Shown here piece after piece: positions 8,384-17,678 of a stretch of 64,000 bases of DNA; position 1 is the first letter of the stretch, and every line of letters starts with the position of its first letter. The position numbers and the translations under genes were made by a program. Source of the stretch: Nanobdellota archaeon (GTDB lineage Archaea; Nanobdellota; Nanobdellia; Woesearchaeales; UBA11576); assembly GCA_042576705.1 (NCBI GenBank), contig JBHPEY010000001.1:72980-136979 (forward strand). Direction: 5' to 3'. The notes under the pieces are model-generated. The model ran no database searches and had not been told where the DNA came from. It saw only the letters and a program-made list of their open reading frames with translations.

Positions 8384-10846
8384 GTGGACATGTCTATAGT
8401 GACGGACATCGCAAACTCGATCAGCACAGGCAGCTTTGCGTTCAACAACCAGCAGACGCTGCTCCTCATAATACCTACAGTCATAATACTGATGCTCGTG
8501 CTGGTGAAGAGCTTTGTCGCGATAGACAAGAAAAGGCTGCATGACAAGGCATGGATACTGTCAAGAAGGATATACCGGATAGCGATGTTCATAAGCAGGA
8601 CATTGATATTCGCCGTGCTCTTCATCGCCCTCGCAGACCCGTATGGCGAGGTCAAGAAAGACATACCTGGCGACCTGACAGTCACTCTCCTGATAGACAA
8701 CTCCAGCTCGATGGAACTGTTCGACACATCATTCGTGCCAACACTCAAGGCAGAGCTCGAAAAGAGGATACCTGTCAAGCTCAGCTACATATCATCACCC
8801 ATGGAATCCAATATCGGCGACGGGGTGCTCAACAACCTCGAGAAGGACAAGAACATACTCCTTGTGACAGACGGCCAGGCAACATCAGGCACAAAGCTCC
8901 TTGACGTCCTGATATTCGCCTCAAGCCTGAACAGCTCGATAAGCGCGATACGGCTCGACCAGACAAATGGAGACACGGGCGTGACCATCAAGGGCCCCTC
9001 TAAGACCATAGCAGAGGTCGAGAACTTCTACAAGGTCAGTATAAACAACAAGTACCCTGAAGGGTCAGGGGCAGGAGGGATGCGCCTGCTTGTCGGGGTC
9101 GATGACGAGATCATAGTCGACGAGACGATAACAAAGGACGAGTACACGTTCAGCAGGAATTTCAGTGACGGGTACCACAAGGTCGTCGCGCGCATCGTGC
9201 CGACCGGAGAGGACCATTTTTCAGAGAACAATGTATACTACAAGACAACACACATCATACCCAAACCAAAGGTCCTGTTCGTGACAGCAGCCGAGTCTGC
9301 GCTCAAGACAGTCCTTGACGAGCTCTACGAGGTGACACGGGTCAGGGACCTGCCCAAGGACCGGAAGGAGCTGGAAAAATACTATGCAGTGATACTGAAC
9401 GACCTGCCAATCGAGGCCCTCAGTGACATAGAGGCGCTCAGCGACTTCGTGATAGAAGGCAATGGCATGCTTGTCGTCGGAGGATACAACTCATTCGACA
9501 ATGGCGGCTACAAAGGGAGCGCTTTTGAATCTCTGCTTCCCGTGCAGGTAGGCACCGGCGAGAGGAAGAAAGGGGACTCCAACATCGTGATAATCATCGA
9601 CATATCAGGATCATTCACAGAGCAGGGTGTCACGACAACTGCGCTGAGCACATCAAAAGCGCTCGCGTACCATGTGATAGACACGATAAACGAGAAGAAT
9701 TCAGTAGGGGTTGTCGCGTTCGACCAATGGCCTTACCTTGTGGCAGGTCTTGAGCCGCTCTATGTCAGCAAGGCAATGACCATGGACAAGATCGCCAGGC
9801 TGCAGGGAAAGGGCGGCCAGACAGAGTTCGCAGCAGGGCTCAAGGGAGCGTTCAACCTGCTGAGAGGAAGGACAGGGAGCAAGAACGCGATATTCATATC
9901 TGATGGGTTCACCTGGAACGACCTCCTGCGACAGGAAGCATCCGATGTCGCAAGAGCGATGAAGAACTACGGTATCAAGCTCTATGTGATAGGGACAGGC
10001 AGGAACCTCGACGAGAAATTCCTGAAGCAGCTGACAAATAACGGCGGCGGGATATACTTCACAGCAGACACCTCCAACAGGCTGAGCATACTGTTCGGAG
10101 AGCCTGAGAAAAAGGAGCTTGGAAGCGCATTTTCTCTCTTTGTCATCGACCCTTATCATTTCATCACAGAAGACCTGGAGCTTTCGGCAGTCCTGTACGG
10201 CTACAACCAGGTCATACCCAAGGCAAATGCACATCTTCTCGCGACAACAGACTCGGGAGAGCCAGCAGTGGTCGCATGGAGACACGGGATCGGAAGGGCT
10301 GCGACACTCACGGTGTTCTCATCAGGCAACAATCTTGGAGAACTGCTCGACAAGAAGAACTCAAGGCTGATAACAAGGATGGTCAACTGGATCATCGCAG
10401 ACCCTGAGCGGAAGAACGACTTCTTTGTCGATGTAAAGGATGCGCGCGTGAACAAGACAGCAGAGATTGTCGTGCGTACCAAACGATTCCCAAAGGTCAA
10501 GGGGCTTGAGTTCTCCAAGATAGGGAAGAACACATACAAATCATATTATGTCAATCCCAATACAGGATTCAAATCAGTGCTCGGAGCGGTATACGGCGTG
10601 AATTATGACAGGGAATACCAATACACAGGGTTCAGCGAGGACCTTGGGACCCTGATAGCAGCCACGAACGGCAAGCTGTTCGAGCCAGCCCAGGTCGATG
10701 AGATAGTCAAGCATGTGAAATCAGTCTCCCAGAGGACCATTGTCGAAAGGATATCATTCCAGACAGCATTCGTAGTGCTTGCGTTGATCCTGCTGGTGCT
10801 AGAGATTGTGGCAAGGAGGGTCAGGGAGACCTGGTTCAAAAAATAG
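8384..10846 (+). CDS. Double-VWA membrane protein with GATase-like (DUF1355-type) middle domain
   Basis: DNSSS...VTDG and DISGS...ISDG MIDAS sets; LSDFVIEGNGMLVVGG..SF..GGY..S.FE.LLPV; N- and C-terminal TM helices. Confidence 0.85.
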   Translation: MDMSIVTDIANSISTGSFAFNNQQTLLLIIPTVIILMLVLVKSFVAIDKKRLHDKAWILSRRIYRIAMFISRTLIFAVLFIALADPYGEVKKDIPGDLTVTLLIDNSSSMELFDTSFVPTLKAELEKRIPVKLSYISSPMESNIGDGVLNNLEKDKNILLVTDGQATSGTKLLDVLIFASSLNSSISAIRLDQTNGDTGVTIKGPSKTIAEVENFYKVSINNKYPEGSGAGGMRLLVGVDDEIIVDETITKDEYTFSRNFSDGYHKVVARIVPTGEDHFSENNVYYKTTHIIPKPKVLFVTAAESALKTVLDELYEVTRVRDLPKDRKELEKYYAVILNDLPIEALSDIEALSDFVIEGNGMLVVGGYNSFDNGGYKGSAFESLLPVQVGTGERKKGDSNIVIIIDISGSFTEQGVTTTALSTSKALAYHVIDTINEKNSVGVVAFDQWPYLVAGLEPLYVSKAMTMDKIARLQGKGGQTEFAAGLKGAFNLLRGRTGSKNAIFISDGFTWNDLLRQEASDVARAMKNYGIKLYVIGTGRNLDEKFLKQLTNNGGGIYFTADTSNRLSILFGEPEKKELGSAFSLFVIDPYHFITEDLELSAVLYGYNQVIPKANAHLLATTDSGEPAVVAWRHGIGRAATLTVFSSGNNLGELLDKKNSRLITRMVNWIIADPERKNDFFVDVKDARVNKTAEIVVRTKRFPKVKGLEFSKIGKNTYKSYYVNPNTGFKSVLGAVYGVNYDREYQYTGFSEDLGTLIAATNGKLFEPAQVDEIVKHVKSVSQRTIVERISFQTAFVVLALILLVLEIVARRVRETWFKK

Positions 10847-10956
10847 ATACAATTTATAAATGAAAAAAGATAGATATAGGATAATATCATGATAAGATGA
10901 CATACAAGGAGCTGAATGAAAAAAGCGCAATAATCCGCTGAAAAGAGGTGCATCAC

Positions 10957-11532
10957 ATGGGTTTCATGCAGAAAAACGTCAATCTCTTCCTTTTGCTAGT
11001 AGTCCTGCTCGTAGCCAGCGCGCTGGCAGGCACTTCTGTCTATTACCAGAAGAACTTTGACCAGATTACAGACAACTATGACCGGACTGCAGAGAACCTG
11101 AGCCAGTGCACAGCAGATGTCCAGATGTACCTGTTCAACCTCAACAAGACAATGAGGTCACTGAACACGACCACGCAGGACATACGGAGATACGATGAGC
11201 TGTACACCACAAAGGACACTGAGCTGAAGAGCACGCAGAGCAACCTGTCACAGACACAGACAAACCTGAAACAGACACAGATATCCCTCCAGGAAGAGGC
11301 TGCGCTGAAGAAGAAATACAAGAATGACTGGCAGGATGAGCTCTCGCAGAGGAAGGACCTGCAAGAGCAGAATTCCGTGCTGACATCACAGAAAGCGTCG
11401 CTGGAGAGCAGCATCATAAGCTACAGGGCAAAGATAGACATCTCAGAGGACTGCATCGACGAGTTCCTCTCAGACTATGACGCAGGGCTGACCCAGGCCA
11501 TGAAGGATGATGCAGGTGACTGCAAGCCCTAG
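10957..11532 (+). CDS. Membrane-anchored coiled-coil protein
   Basis: GAGGTG RBS before ATG 10957; N-terminal hydrophobic helix, then heptad-rich Q/T/L repeats. Confidence 0.8.
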   Translation: MGFMQKNVNLFLLLVVLLVASALAGTSVYYQKNFDQITDNYDRTAENLSQCTADVQMYLFNLNKTMRSLNTTTQDIRRYDELYTTKDTELKSTQSNLSQTQTNLKQTQISLQEEAALKKKYKNDWQDELSQRKDLQEQNSVLTSQKASLESSIISYRAKIDISEDCIDEFLSDYDAGLTQAMKDDAGDCKP

Positions 11533-11538
11533 ACAAAA

Positions 11539-12318
11539 ATGGCAGAAGTAAGAAGACTGTTCGTGGAACTGTATTATGAAGTGTTCAAGATAAGCCTGCT
11601 TCACGCGTTCACAGACAGCATAATCTTCTTCATGGTCGCGCTGAACATGACCACGCTGCTTGACATGTCATTCTACTTCGCCTTGGCAGTGTCGTTGCTC
11701 TTCATGCTCGGGGACGTCATAGTCAGGATGAAACACACCACGCTCAAGGCTGTCGAGAAGAGGAACCCGCAGATACAGGACATACTGCGCACTGCGCGGG
11801 ACAATGTCGACGGCAAGGACTTCATGATACTCGCGATGTTCGAGGACCTGATACAGAAGATGAAGAGCGTGTCTGCAGGATCGCTGCTGAACCAGCGTGA
11901 CCTGCTGATCAAGGTGGCGGTCGTCTGCATGCTGAGCTTCTCTGTCATAGCCGTCTCTGCGAATGACATACATATACCCAAATCAGTGTTCGACCCTGAC
12001 ACCTACTACAAATGGTTCGCAAAGCAGGGCACTGACCGGCTTGAATTCTACACCATCGAGTTCAATGAGAGCGACGATCTCCTATACGGGAATTCTGAGC
12101 TCGCAGACCTCGGCAACAGGACCATCCAGCTCAACATTAACCCTTCCATCAACGAGATGAGCTTCCAGACGATAAAGGAGCCTGAGGAGAAGGAGTTCGA
12201 GAGAGGGACATTCCCGTCGGAGATTGCGGCAGTGTCTGACGCGTCGAGCGAGGAGAAGCTGCCGAAGGAATCAAAGATCGCTATCGCTTATAATCTTAGG
12301 CTCAAGGAGAAAGGATAA
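11539..12318 (+). CDS. Hypothetical membrane protein (about 3 TM plus acidic C-terminal domain)
   Basis: Tightly spaced in the operon; hydrophobic segments IIFFMVAL, FALAVSLLFML, VAVVCMLSFSVIAV. Confidence 0.8.
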   Translation: MAEVRRLFVELYYEVFKISLLHAFTDSIIFFMVALNMTTLLDMSFYFALAVSLLFMLGDVIVRMKHTTLKAVEKRNPQIQDILRTARDNVDGKDFMILAMFEDLIQKMKSVSAGSLLNQRDLLIKVAVVCMLSFSVIAVSANDIHIPKSVFDPDTYYKWFAKQGTDRLEFYTIEFNESDDLLYGNSELADLGNRTIQLNINPSINEMSFQTIKEPEEKEFERGTFPSEIAAVSDASSEEKLPKESKIAIAYNLRLKEKG

Positions 12319-12355
12319 GAAACATAATTAATGATATGAAACGGAGGTAGGAAAA

Positions 12356-13315
12356 ATGCCAGCAGTACATCTACAACAGGTGCAGAACATCAAGACCATG
12401 TTCAGCAATCTCAGGACCGAGATAGGGAAGGTCATAGTAGGACAGGATGAGGTCATCAACCAGATCATCGTCGCGATAATGTGCGACTCCAATGCCCTTC
12501 TGGAATCGTATCCAGGACTGGGAAAGACCCTGCTAGTCAAGACACTCTCAGAGATAATGGACCTCAAGTTCGCGAGGATCCAGTCCACACCAGACCTCAT
12601 GCCCTCAGATATCACAGGGACATACATCCTTGAGGAGAAGAAGGGTGGCGAGAAGGCGTTCAGGTTCCAGCAGGGACCGCTTTTCGCGAACATCGTGCTC
12701 GCGGACGAGATCAACAGGGCGACACCGAAGACACAGGCAGCATTGCTGGAAGCGATGCAGGAGAAACAGGTGACTGTGGGAAACAGCACGTTCAAGCTCG
12801 ACCCGCCGTTCTTCGTGCTCGCGACACAGAACCCTATCGACCAGGAGGGGACATACCCGCTGCCGGAGGCGCAGACAGACAGGTTCCTGCTCAAGATAAA
12901 GGTAGACTACCCTGGCGAGAAGGAGGAGCTCGAGATAATCGAGCGGTTCGCGACAAGGGTAAAGCCCGCCGGCGTGAGGAAATTCATGGCAAAGGACTCG
13001 CTCATGAACCTCCAGAAGTACTGCAGACAGGTGCCGATATCCGATGACCTGAAGAAGAAGGTCGTGACTCTCGTGAACAAGACCCGCTCGAACAAGGACC
13101 TGATCGAGTATGGCGCGTCACCAAGAGCGTCCATCGGACTCGTGCTTGCAGCAAAAGCTCATGCTTTGATCAATGGGAGGACATTTGTCTCTATGGACGA
13201 CGTGAAGAAGATGGCATACCCTGTGCTCCGCCACCGGATAATACTCAGCTTCAAGGCAGAGCGGGAAGGAAGGACGCCAGATGACGCAATAACAAACCTG
13301 CTCACAAAGCTCTGA
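12356..13315 (+). CDS. moxR: MoxR family AAA+ ATPase
   Basis: VIVGQ, ESYPGLGKT (Walker A), RIQSTPDLMPSDITG, LADEINRA (Walker B), ATQNP.EQEGTYPLPEAQ.DRF, GASPRA. Confidence 0.95.
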   Translation: MPAVHLQQVQNIKTMFSNLRTEIGKVIVGQDEVINQIIVAIMCDSNALLESYPGLGKTLLVKTLSEIMDLKFARIQSTPDLMPSDITGTYILEEKKGGEKAFRFQQGPLFANIVLADEINRATPKTQAALLEAMQEKQVTVGNSTFKLDPPFFVLATQNPIDQEGTYPLPEAQTDRFLLKIKVDYPGEKEELEIIERFATRVKPAGVRKFMAKDSLMNLQKYCRQVPISDDLKKKVVTLVNKTRSNKDLIEYGASPRASIGLVLAAKAHALINGRTFVSMDDVKKMAYPVLRHRIILSFKAEREGRTPDDAITNLLTKL

Positions 13316-13336
13316 AGAGAGGATGCATGACCTAAG

Positions 13337-14209
13337 ATGGTAATAGACCTAACTTTCCTGAAACAGCTGGACCGGTTCGACGTAGTGCTCAAGAAGAGGG
13401 TGCTCTCCAACTATGCAGGTTCGAGGCAGTCAAAGAATTTTGGCACAGGGCTGGTGTTCTACGACTACAAGGACTATGTGCTCGGGGATGATTTCAGGGC
13501 AATAGACTGGAAGATCTACGCGCGGACAGGTGATTTCTACATCCGCCGCTACGAGGAAGAGAGGAACATGCGCATCCACGTCGTGATAGACGCGTCAGCC
13601 TCGATGAACTTCGGGACAAAGTTCAAGAAGTTTGAGTACGCGTCGATGATCGGTCTCGGTTTCTGCTACATGGCGCTGCGGAACAACGAAAGTTTCGAGG
13701 TGAGCACGTTCGCAGAGAATCTTGAGATATTCCGGGCAAAGAAAGGGATGAACAAGCTCATCGGCACGATGGACAGCCTCAACAAGGCACCGCTGAAGGG
13801 ACGGTCGAAATTCAGGGACAGCATAGAGCAGTACAGGTCAGCGATCCGGACAAAATCGATGGTGATAATAATATCTGACCTGCTTTTTGACCCTGAGGAG
13901 CTTAAGCACGCCCTCTACAGGTTCAAGAAGAGCGAGGTCATGGTGATACAGGTGCTTGACTCGTCTGAGAGGGAGCTGTCGCTTGAGGGCGATGTGATAC
14001 TGTCTGATTCCGAGTCCCATGACAGTATGAGGACATACGTGAGCAACAGGGTGATCGAGAACTATTCAGACAGGTTATTGGACCATATATACAGCATCAA
14101 GAAGGTGTGCGACTCCATGAACATGAAATTCCTTTCTGTGTCGACGGAGACACCGATATTCGAGGCTTTCTATACATTGCTGGGGAATAACGATACAGTG
14201 ATAATGTAA
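13337..14209 (+). CDS. DUF58 family protein (VWA-like MoxR partner)
   Basis: G..F.DY..Y..GDDFR.IDWK.YAR, YEEER, DASASM, ISD motifs. Confidence 0.92.
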   Translation: MVIDLTFLKQLDRFDVVLKKRVLSNYAGSRQSKNFGTGLVFYDYKDYVLGDDFRAIDWKIYARTGDFYIRRYEEERNMRIHVVIDASASMNFGTKFKKFEYASMIGLGFCYMALRNNESFEVSTFAENLEIFRAKKGMNKLIGTMDSLNKAPLKGRSKFRDSIEQYRSAIRTKSMVIIISDLLFDPEELKHALYRFKKSEVMVIQVLDSSERELSLEGDVILSDSESHDSMRTYVSNRVIENYSDRLLDHIYSIKKVCDSMNMKFLSVSTETPIFEAFYTLLGNNDTVIM

Positions 14210-14223
14210 TCATGTGGTTTTGG

Positions 14224-14715
14224 CTAGTCAATGCTTATGGCCATGCCGAAGACAAACTTTCCCAGAGATACTATCTCACCCATGTGTTCCTTCTCGTCCG
14301 CTGCGAGCTTCAGAAGGAGCTTCTTGACAAAAGGATTCCCCTCATCTTTTGCCTGTCTCAGGTAGAACTCTATGCCTTCCTTCTCAAAACCTGCTGCTGT
14401 GTTGAACATGTCCCGCAGTGTCGTGTCGTCGCCGGTGACCTTTTCCAATGAACGCTCCTCGAACAAGGGGAGCTTGATGTTCAGGGCCATGAAATCCTCC
14501 ACGCTTTTCTGCATCATGGCTTCATCACCTTTTGTGACCGCGTCCATGAGCTCCTCAAGCACTTTCTTATGGCCTTTCTCCACCTTGATCAGGAACTCAA
14601 AAAGCTCCATGCCTCTCGGGTGCTTTGTGCTGCTGAGGCTTTCCTTGTAGAACTTCAGGCCTTTCTCCTCCAGACCTATCGCAAATCTTATCCATGCAAG
14701 CATCCTGTCTGTCAT
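14224..14715 (-). CDS. Ferritin-like/rubrerythrin diiron protein
   Basis: AI..E..G..FY...E..H and E..G..FY...E..H repeats; GAGGTGA RBS before ATG 14715. Confidence 0.85.
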   Translation of the reverse strand: MTDRMLAWIRFAIGLEEKGLKFYKESLSSTKHPRGMELFEFLIKVEKGHKKVLEELMDAVTKGDEAMMQKSVEDFMALNIKLPLFEERSLEKVTGDDTTLRDMFNTAAGFEKEGIEFYLRQAKDEGNPFVKKLLLKLAADEKEHMGEIVSLGKFVFGMAISID

Positions 14716-14725
14716 CCATCTCACC

Positions 14726-15565
14726 TCAAAGGTCCTCGTCAGGCGCGTTCTCACCTTTTATGATGAACATGCCTTCCATGCCTGCGTTGCCGCCGGAGCA
14801 GGGCACGTTGGAGAAGTACTTGAACTCGCCGGCAGTGTCTGCCTTGAACTCCACCTTCACTTCCTTTCCGATCCCGATGTATTCGTCTATCATGAAATTC
14901 ACCATGCGGAAACCTGCAGGGCAGTTCACGCTCTTGATAGTGAGGAGGACCGTCTCATCCTTGTTCACAATGACCTTTTTCGGCTCGAAATTGCAGTCCT
15001 TGATCTCTATTGTAACAGGGTGCTCTATCCTCTCCTGGGAAGCAAGCTCCTTCTCGATGGCTTCATCGCTTTCAAGCTCTTCCTCAGTCTCCATGCCCAT
15101 CAGGGACATGCTGACATTGACTATCTTCTGCCTGTGCACGACCTCCTGCTTTGCAAGGTCATGGAAGAACGCCTTGAGCTCAGGATCCTCCTGCTGGGAC
15201 TCGAGGTCCATGTAGAGGTCTATGCCCTTCTTCTCCTGCTCTGCGCACATGTTGAACATCTCCATGAGAGATGTGTTCCTGTCGATCACCTTGTCAAGGT
15301 CCTCTTTTGTGAAGAGAGGTGAGTCGACGCCGAGCTCATTGAACTTCTTGATGCTCTCATCGACCTTTTTTTGGTCTCCGCCGGACTTCTTGTCGCGGAT
15401 CTCTGCGAGGCTTTTCTCATGCTTTATCTCCTCGTCCACGAGCCACTTGAAGAGTTCCTTGGCGCGCTGGTCAGTACCGCGCTCCAGGCAGAGCTTGTAG
15501 AATTCATAGCCGTTCTTCTCGACGTTTATGGCGAACTGGAGCCATGCTAGCATTATGTCAGACAT
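14726..15565 (-). CDS. Ferritin-like diiron domain fused to a cupredoxin-like domain
   Basis: EEIKH and QEVVH diiron motifs; C-terminal FEPKKVIVNKDETVLL...EFKADTAGEFKYFSNVPCSGGNAGMEG. Confidence 0.8.
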   Translation of the reverse strand: MSDIMLAWLQFAINVEKNGYEFYKLCLERGTDQRAKELFKWLVDEEIKHEKSLAEIRDKKSGGDQKKVDESIKKFNELGVDSPLFTKEDLDKVIDRNTSLMEMFNMCAEQEKKGIDLYMDLESQQEDPELKAFFHDLAKQEVVHRQKIVNVSMSLMGMETEEELESDEAIEKELASQERIEHPVTIEIKDCNFEPKKVIVNKDETVLLTIKSVNCPAGFRMVNFMIDEYIGIGKEVKVEFKADTAGEFKYFSNVPCSGGNAGMEGMFIIKGENAPDEDL

Positions 15566-15664
15566 TGTATCACCTTTTTGGTTCTTATGATGAGTTGTTG
15601 GGGTGTTTTGTTATATATGTTTTTGGGTTTGGGAAGGGTAATGGTTGAAGAGTGGGGGTTGTTT

Positions 15665-15940
15665 TTGATTGATAATGCAGCTTTGGTTGTAGGTGCAGAT
15701 GGGTTTATGACTGTAGTTTCAGAATGAGCACCAAAGCTGCTCTATCTTTTGGAGTATTGGATGGACCAAGCCTGGTTACTGATGTTGCGGCTTTATCTGA
15801 TTTTGTAGTGGCCGCAGCTTTAGTAATCAGGTTTGCGCATGGTGGCACTTCAAGAACTCTTCCCAAATTCGGAACTGATTCTGTTTCTATAGGGCATCGC
15901 ATTCAGTTTCTTAGGTCCGAATTTGTTTATTTATCAAAAA
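15665..15940 (+). repeat. Dispersed six-box intergenic element, copy A
   Basis: GCAGCTTTGGT(15677-87)-N42-ACCAAAGCTGC(15730-40); CAAGCCTGGT(15767)...ATCAGGTTTG(15835); CAAATTCGGA(15864-73)-N42-TCCGAATTTG(15916-25). Confidence 0.9.
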
Positions 15941-15965
15941 AAGAAGTCTGGTCTTCTGTTGGGGA

Positions 15966-16904
15966 TTATTTCTTCTTTGCTGCAGGTGCTGCTTTTCTTT
16001 CCCAATACTCCTGTGCTGTCCTGTACATCAGGATCCTTGAGAATACCAGGGCCGGCACGAATATCAGCGTGCCGAATACCATCAGCAGGAAAGGGTCGCC
16101 CCTTATGAAAGGGAGGCGCAGGAAGAGGTCTATAATCACGAAAAGCACTGCTATGAAGGCGAAGCTCTTCAGCGTCTTCGTGAACCTCTTTGTGCCGTAG
16201 ATGAAGCCCTGCTTGAAGTTCTGGAATGCGTAGCGGCTGGTCAGGGTGTAGCATAGCACGCCGAAATACCAGGTCACCAGTATGAAAAATATGAACAGGA
16301 AGTTTATGGTGCCTTCTCCTATTATCGGCGCTATGCTCATCTTCATTGCCAATGTGATGCGGACTGATATGAATATCCAGAATATGCTCAGGAAGTAGAA
16401 CGGCAGGGACTCCAATGCGAAGTTCTTCCAGAATACCAGGAATGGCAGCCTCTTTTTCTTCTCTGTCGCCATGCGGTATGCTATGTACCAGCTCAACCCC
16501 TGGAAGATTATCCAGAACAGGAAGGAGCACAGTATCAGCACGCCCAGGTACTTGAATATCACGTTGAGATGGTATGCGAAATCCGCGCTCTGGGTGACTG
16601 TGTTCATCCCTGCAGTCACTGTAGATGTCTGGTTGTAGATATTCATCAGGCCGCCGGTGGCCTCGCCGGTCATCTTCATAAGGGCTTCCAGATGCTCGAA
16701 CAGGGTGAACTGTATAAGTGTTATGACCGTGGATGTCGCTATCACGAACAGCAGGTCAGTGAGGATAGAGAGGAGCACCTGCGGCCAGTTTGTGTACCAT
16801 GATTTGAATGAGGTGCTGACCAGGTTGAATAGGTTGGATGTGCGTATGTCTGAGAGTATGGATGATGTGATTCTCTTTCCTGCTGATACCTTCTTTCGTG
16901 GCAT
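15966..16904 (-). CDS. Multi-pass membrane protein, last gene of the giant-protein operon
   Basis: About 6 TM segments; start moved to ATG 16904 behind AGGTGA; topology similar to 29444-30316. Confidence 0.8.
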   Translation of the reverse strand: MPRKKVSAGKRITSSILSDIRTSNLFNLVSTSFKSWYTNWPQVLLSILTDLLFVIATSTVITLIQFTLFEHLEALMKMTGEATGGLMNIYNQTSTVTAGMNTVTQSADFAYHLNVIFKYLGVLILCSFLFWIIFQGLSWYIAYRMATEKKKRLPFLVFWKNFALESLPFYFLSIFWIFISVRITLAMKMSIAPIIGEGTINFLFIFFILVTWYFGVLCYTLTSRYAFQNFKQGFIYGTKRFTKTLKSFAFIAVLFVIIDLFLRLPFIRGDPFLLMVFGTLIFVPALVFSRILMYRTAQEYWERKAAPAAKKK

Positions 16905-16918
16905 GACGTTCACCTATA

Positions 16919-17677
16919 TCAATATACGTCCATCTTCTGGTAAAACTCTTCTTCAGTGATGCCGAACTCGGCATAGCATGCGTCGAGCGACCTTTCACCT
17001 GACTCCTCAGCTATGAAACCGCAGAGCCCTGCATTTCTCGTCCCTACAGCAATGTCATAGAAGCAATCATCCTGGGAGAAATCACCTGAGATCATGGTCA
17101 TGTTGAAACACAGCTCCACATCACCGCCTTTTTTCGCAATCTCCATGAAGCAGGTGTCCTGCGAAAACTCGCCGCTCTGCTCACCAAGGCCATAGCATAA
17201 TGACGGCATATCATCCTTGATCGCTATGACAGCTATACACCAATCCCTTGACCTGGAACCTTCGACAGCCTTTATCATGTCACAATATTCCACCACAGAT
17301 GTCTTCCTTGCGAGCTGCCTGTAGCAATCCTCTTTGATGCTGCTTTCAGCGATCCTGTCACAGAAGCCAGGATCCTCGTTCGCCAAAGCCTGTGCAACAA
17401 GATCTGCACTGTCCGGGCCGGACGTTGCCCGAGACCTGCTTACAGCAGATATCTCTGCTTCCTCTTTTGCTGCATCCTCGACGAGAAAAGAGAATATAAA
17501 AAGTATAATGCCTGCCACAACGATGACACCGACAGCGATCAGTATCATCTTCTTGTCCAGTATCCCTTTCTGAGGTTCCTGCATAGTTGGTTGCTGCTGA
17601 GGATATTGCTGCTGAGGTTGCTGGGGATACTGCTGGGCAGGTCTCTGCACCCCTTGATTGTAATCAGATTCAGGCAT
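16919..17677 (-). CDS. Membrane-anchored protein with Q/P-rich N-terminus and Cys-paired repeats
   Basis: MPESDYNQ start at 17677, adjacent to the giant gene stop; QQYPQQ repeats, TM helix, about four C-x-I-x(5-9)-D-x-C-[YF]-x3-A repeats. Confidence 0.8.
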   Translation of the reverse strand: MPESDYNQGVQRPAQQYPQQPQQQYPQQQPTMQEPQKGILDKKMILIAVGVIVVAGIILFIFSFLVEDAAKEEAEISAVSRSRATSGPDSADLVAQALANEDPGFCDRIAESSIKEDCYRQLARKTSVVEYCDMIKAVEGSRSRDWCIAVIAIKDDMPSLCYGLGEQSGEFSQDTCFMEIAKKGGDVELCFNMTMISGDFSQDDCFYDIAVGTRNAGLCGFIAEESGERSLDACYAEFGITEEEFYQKMDVY

Positions 17678-17678
17678 T

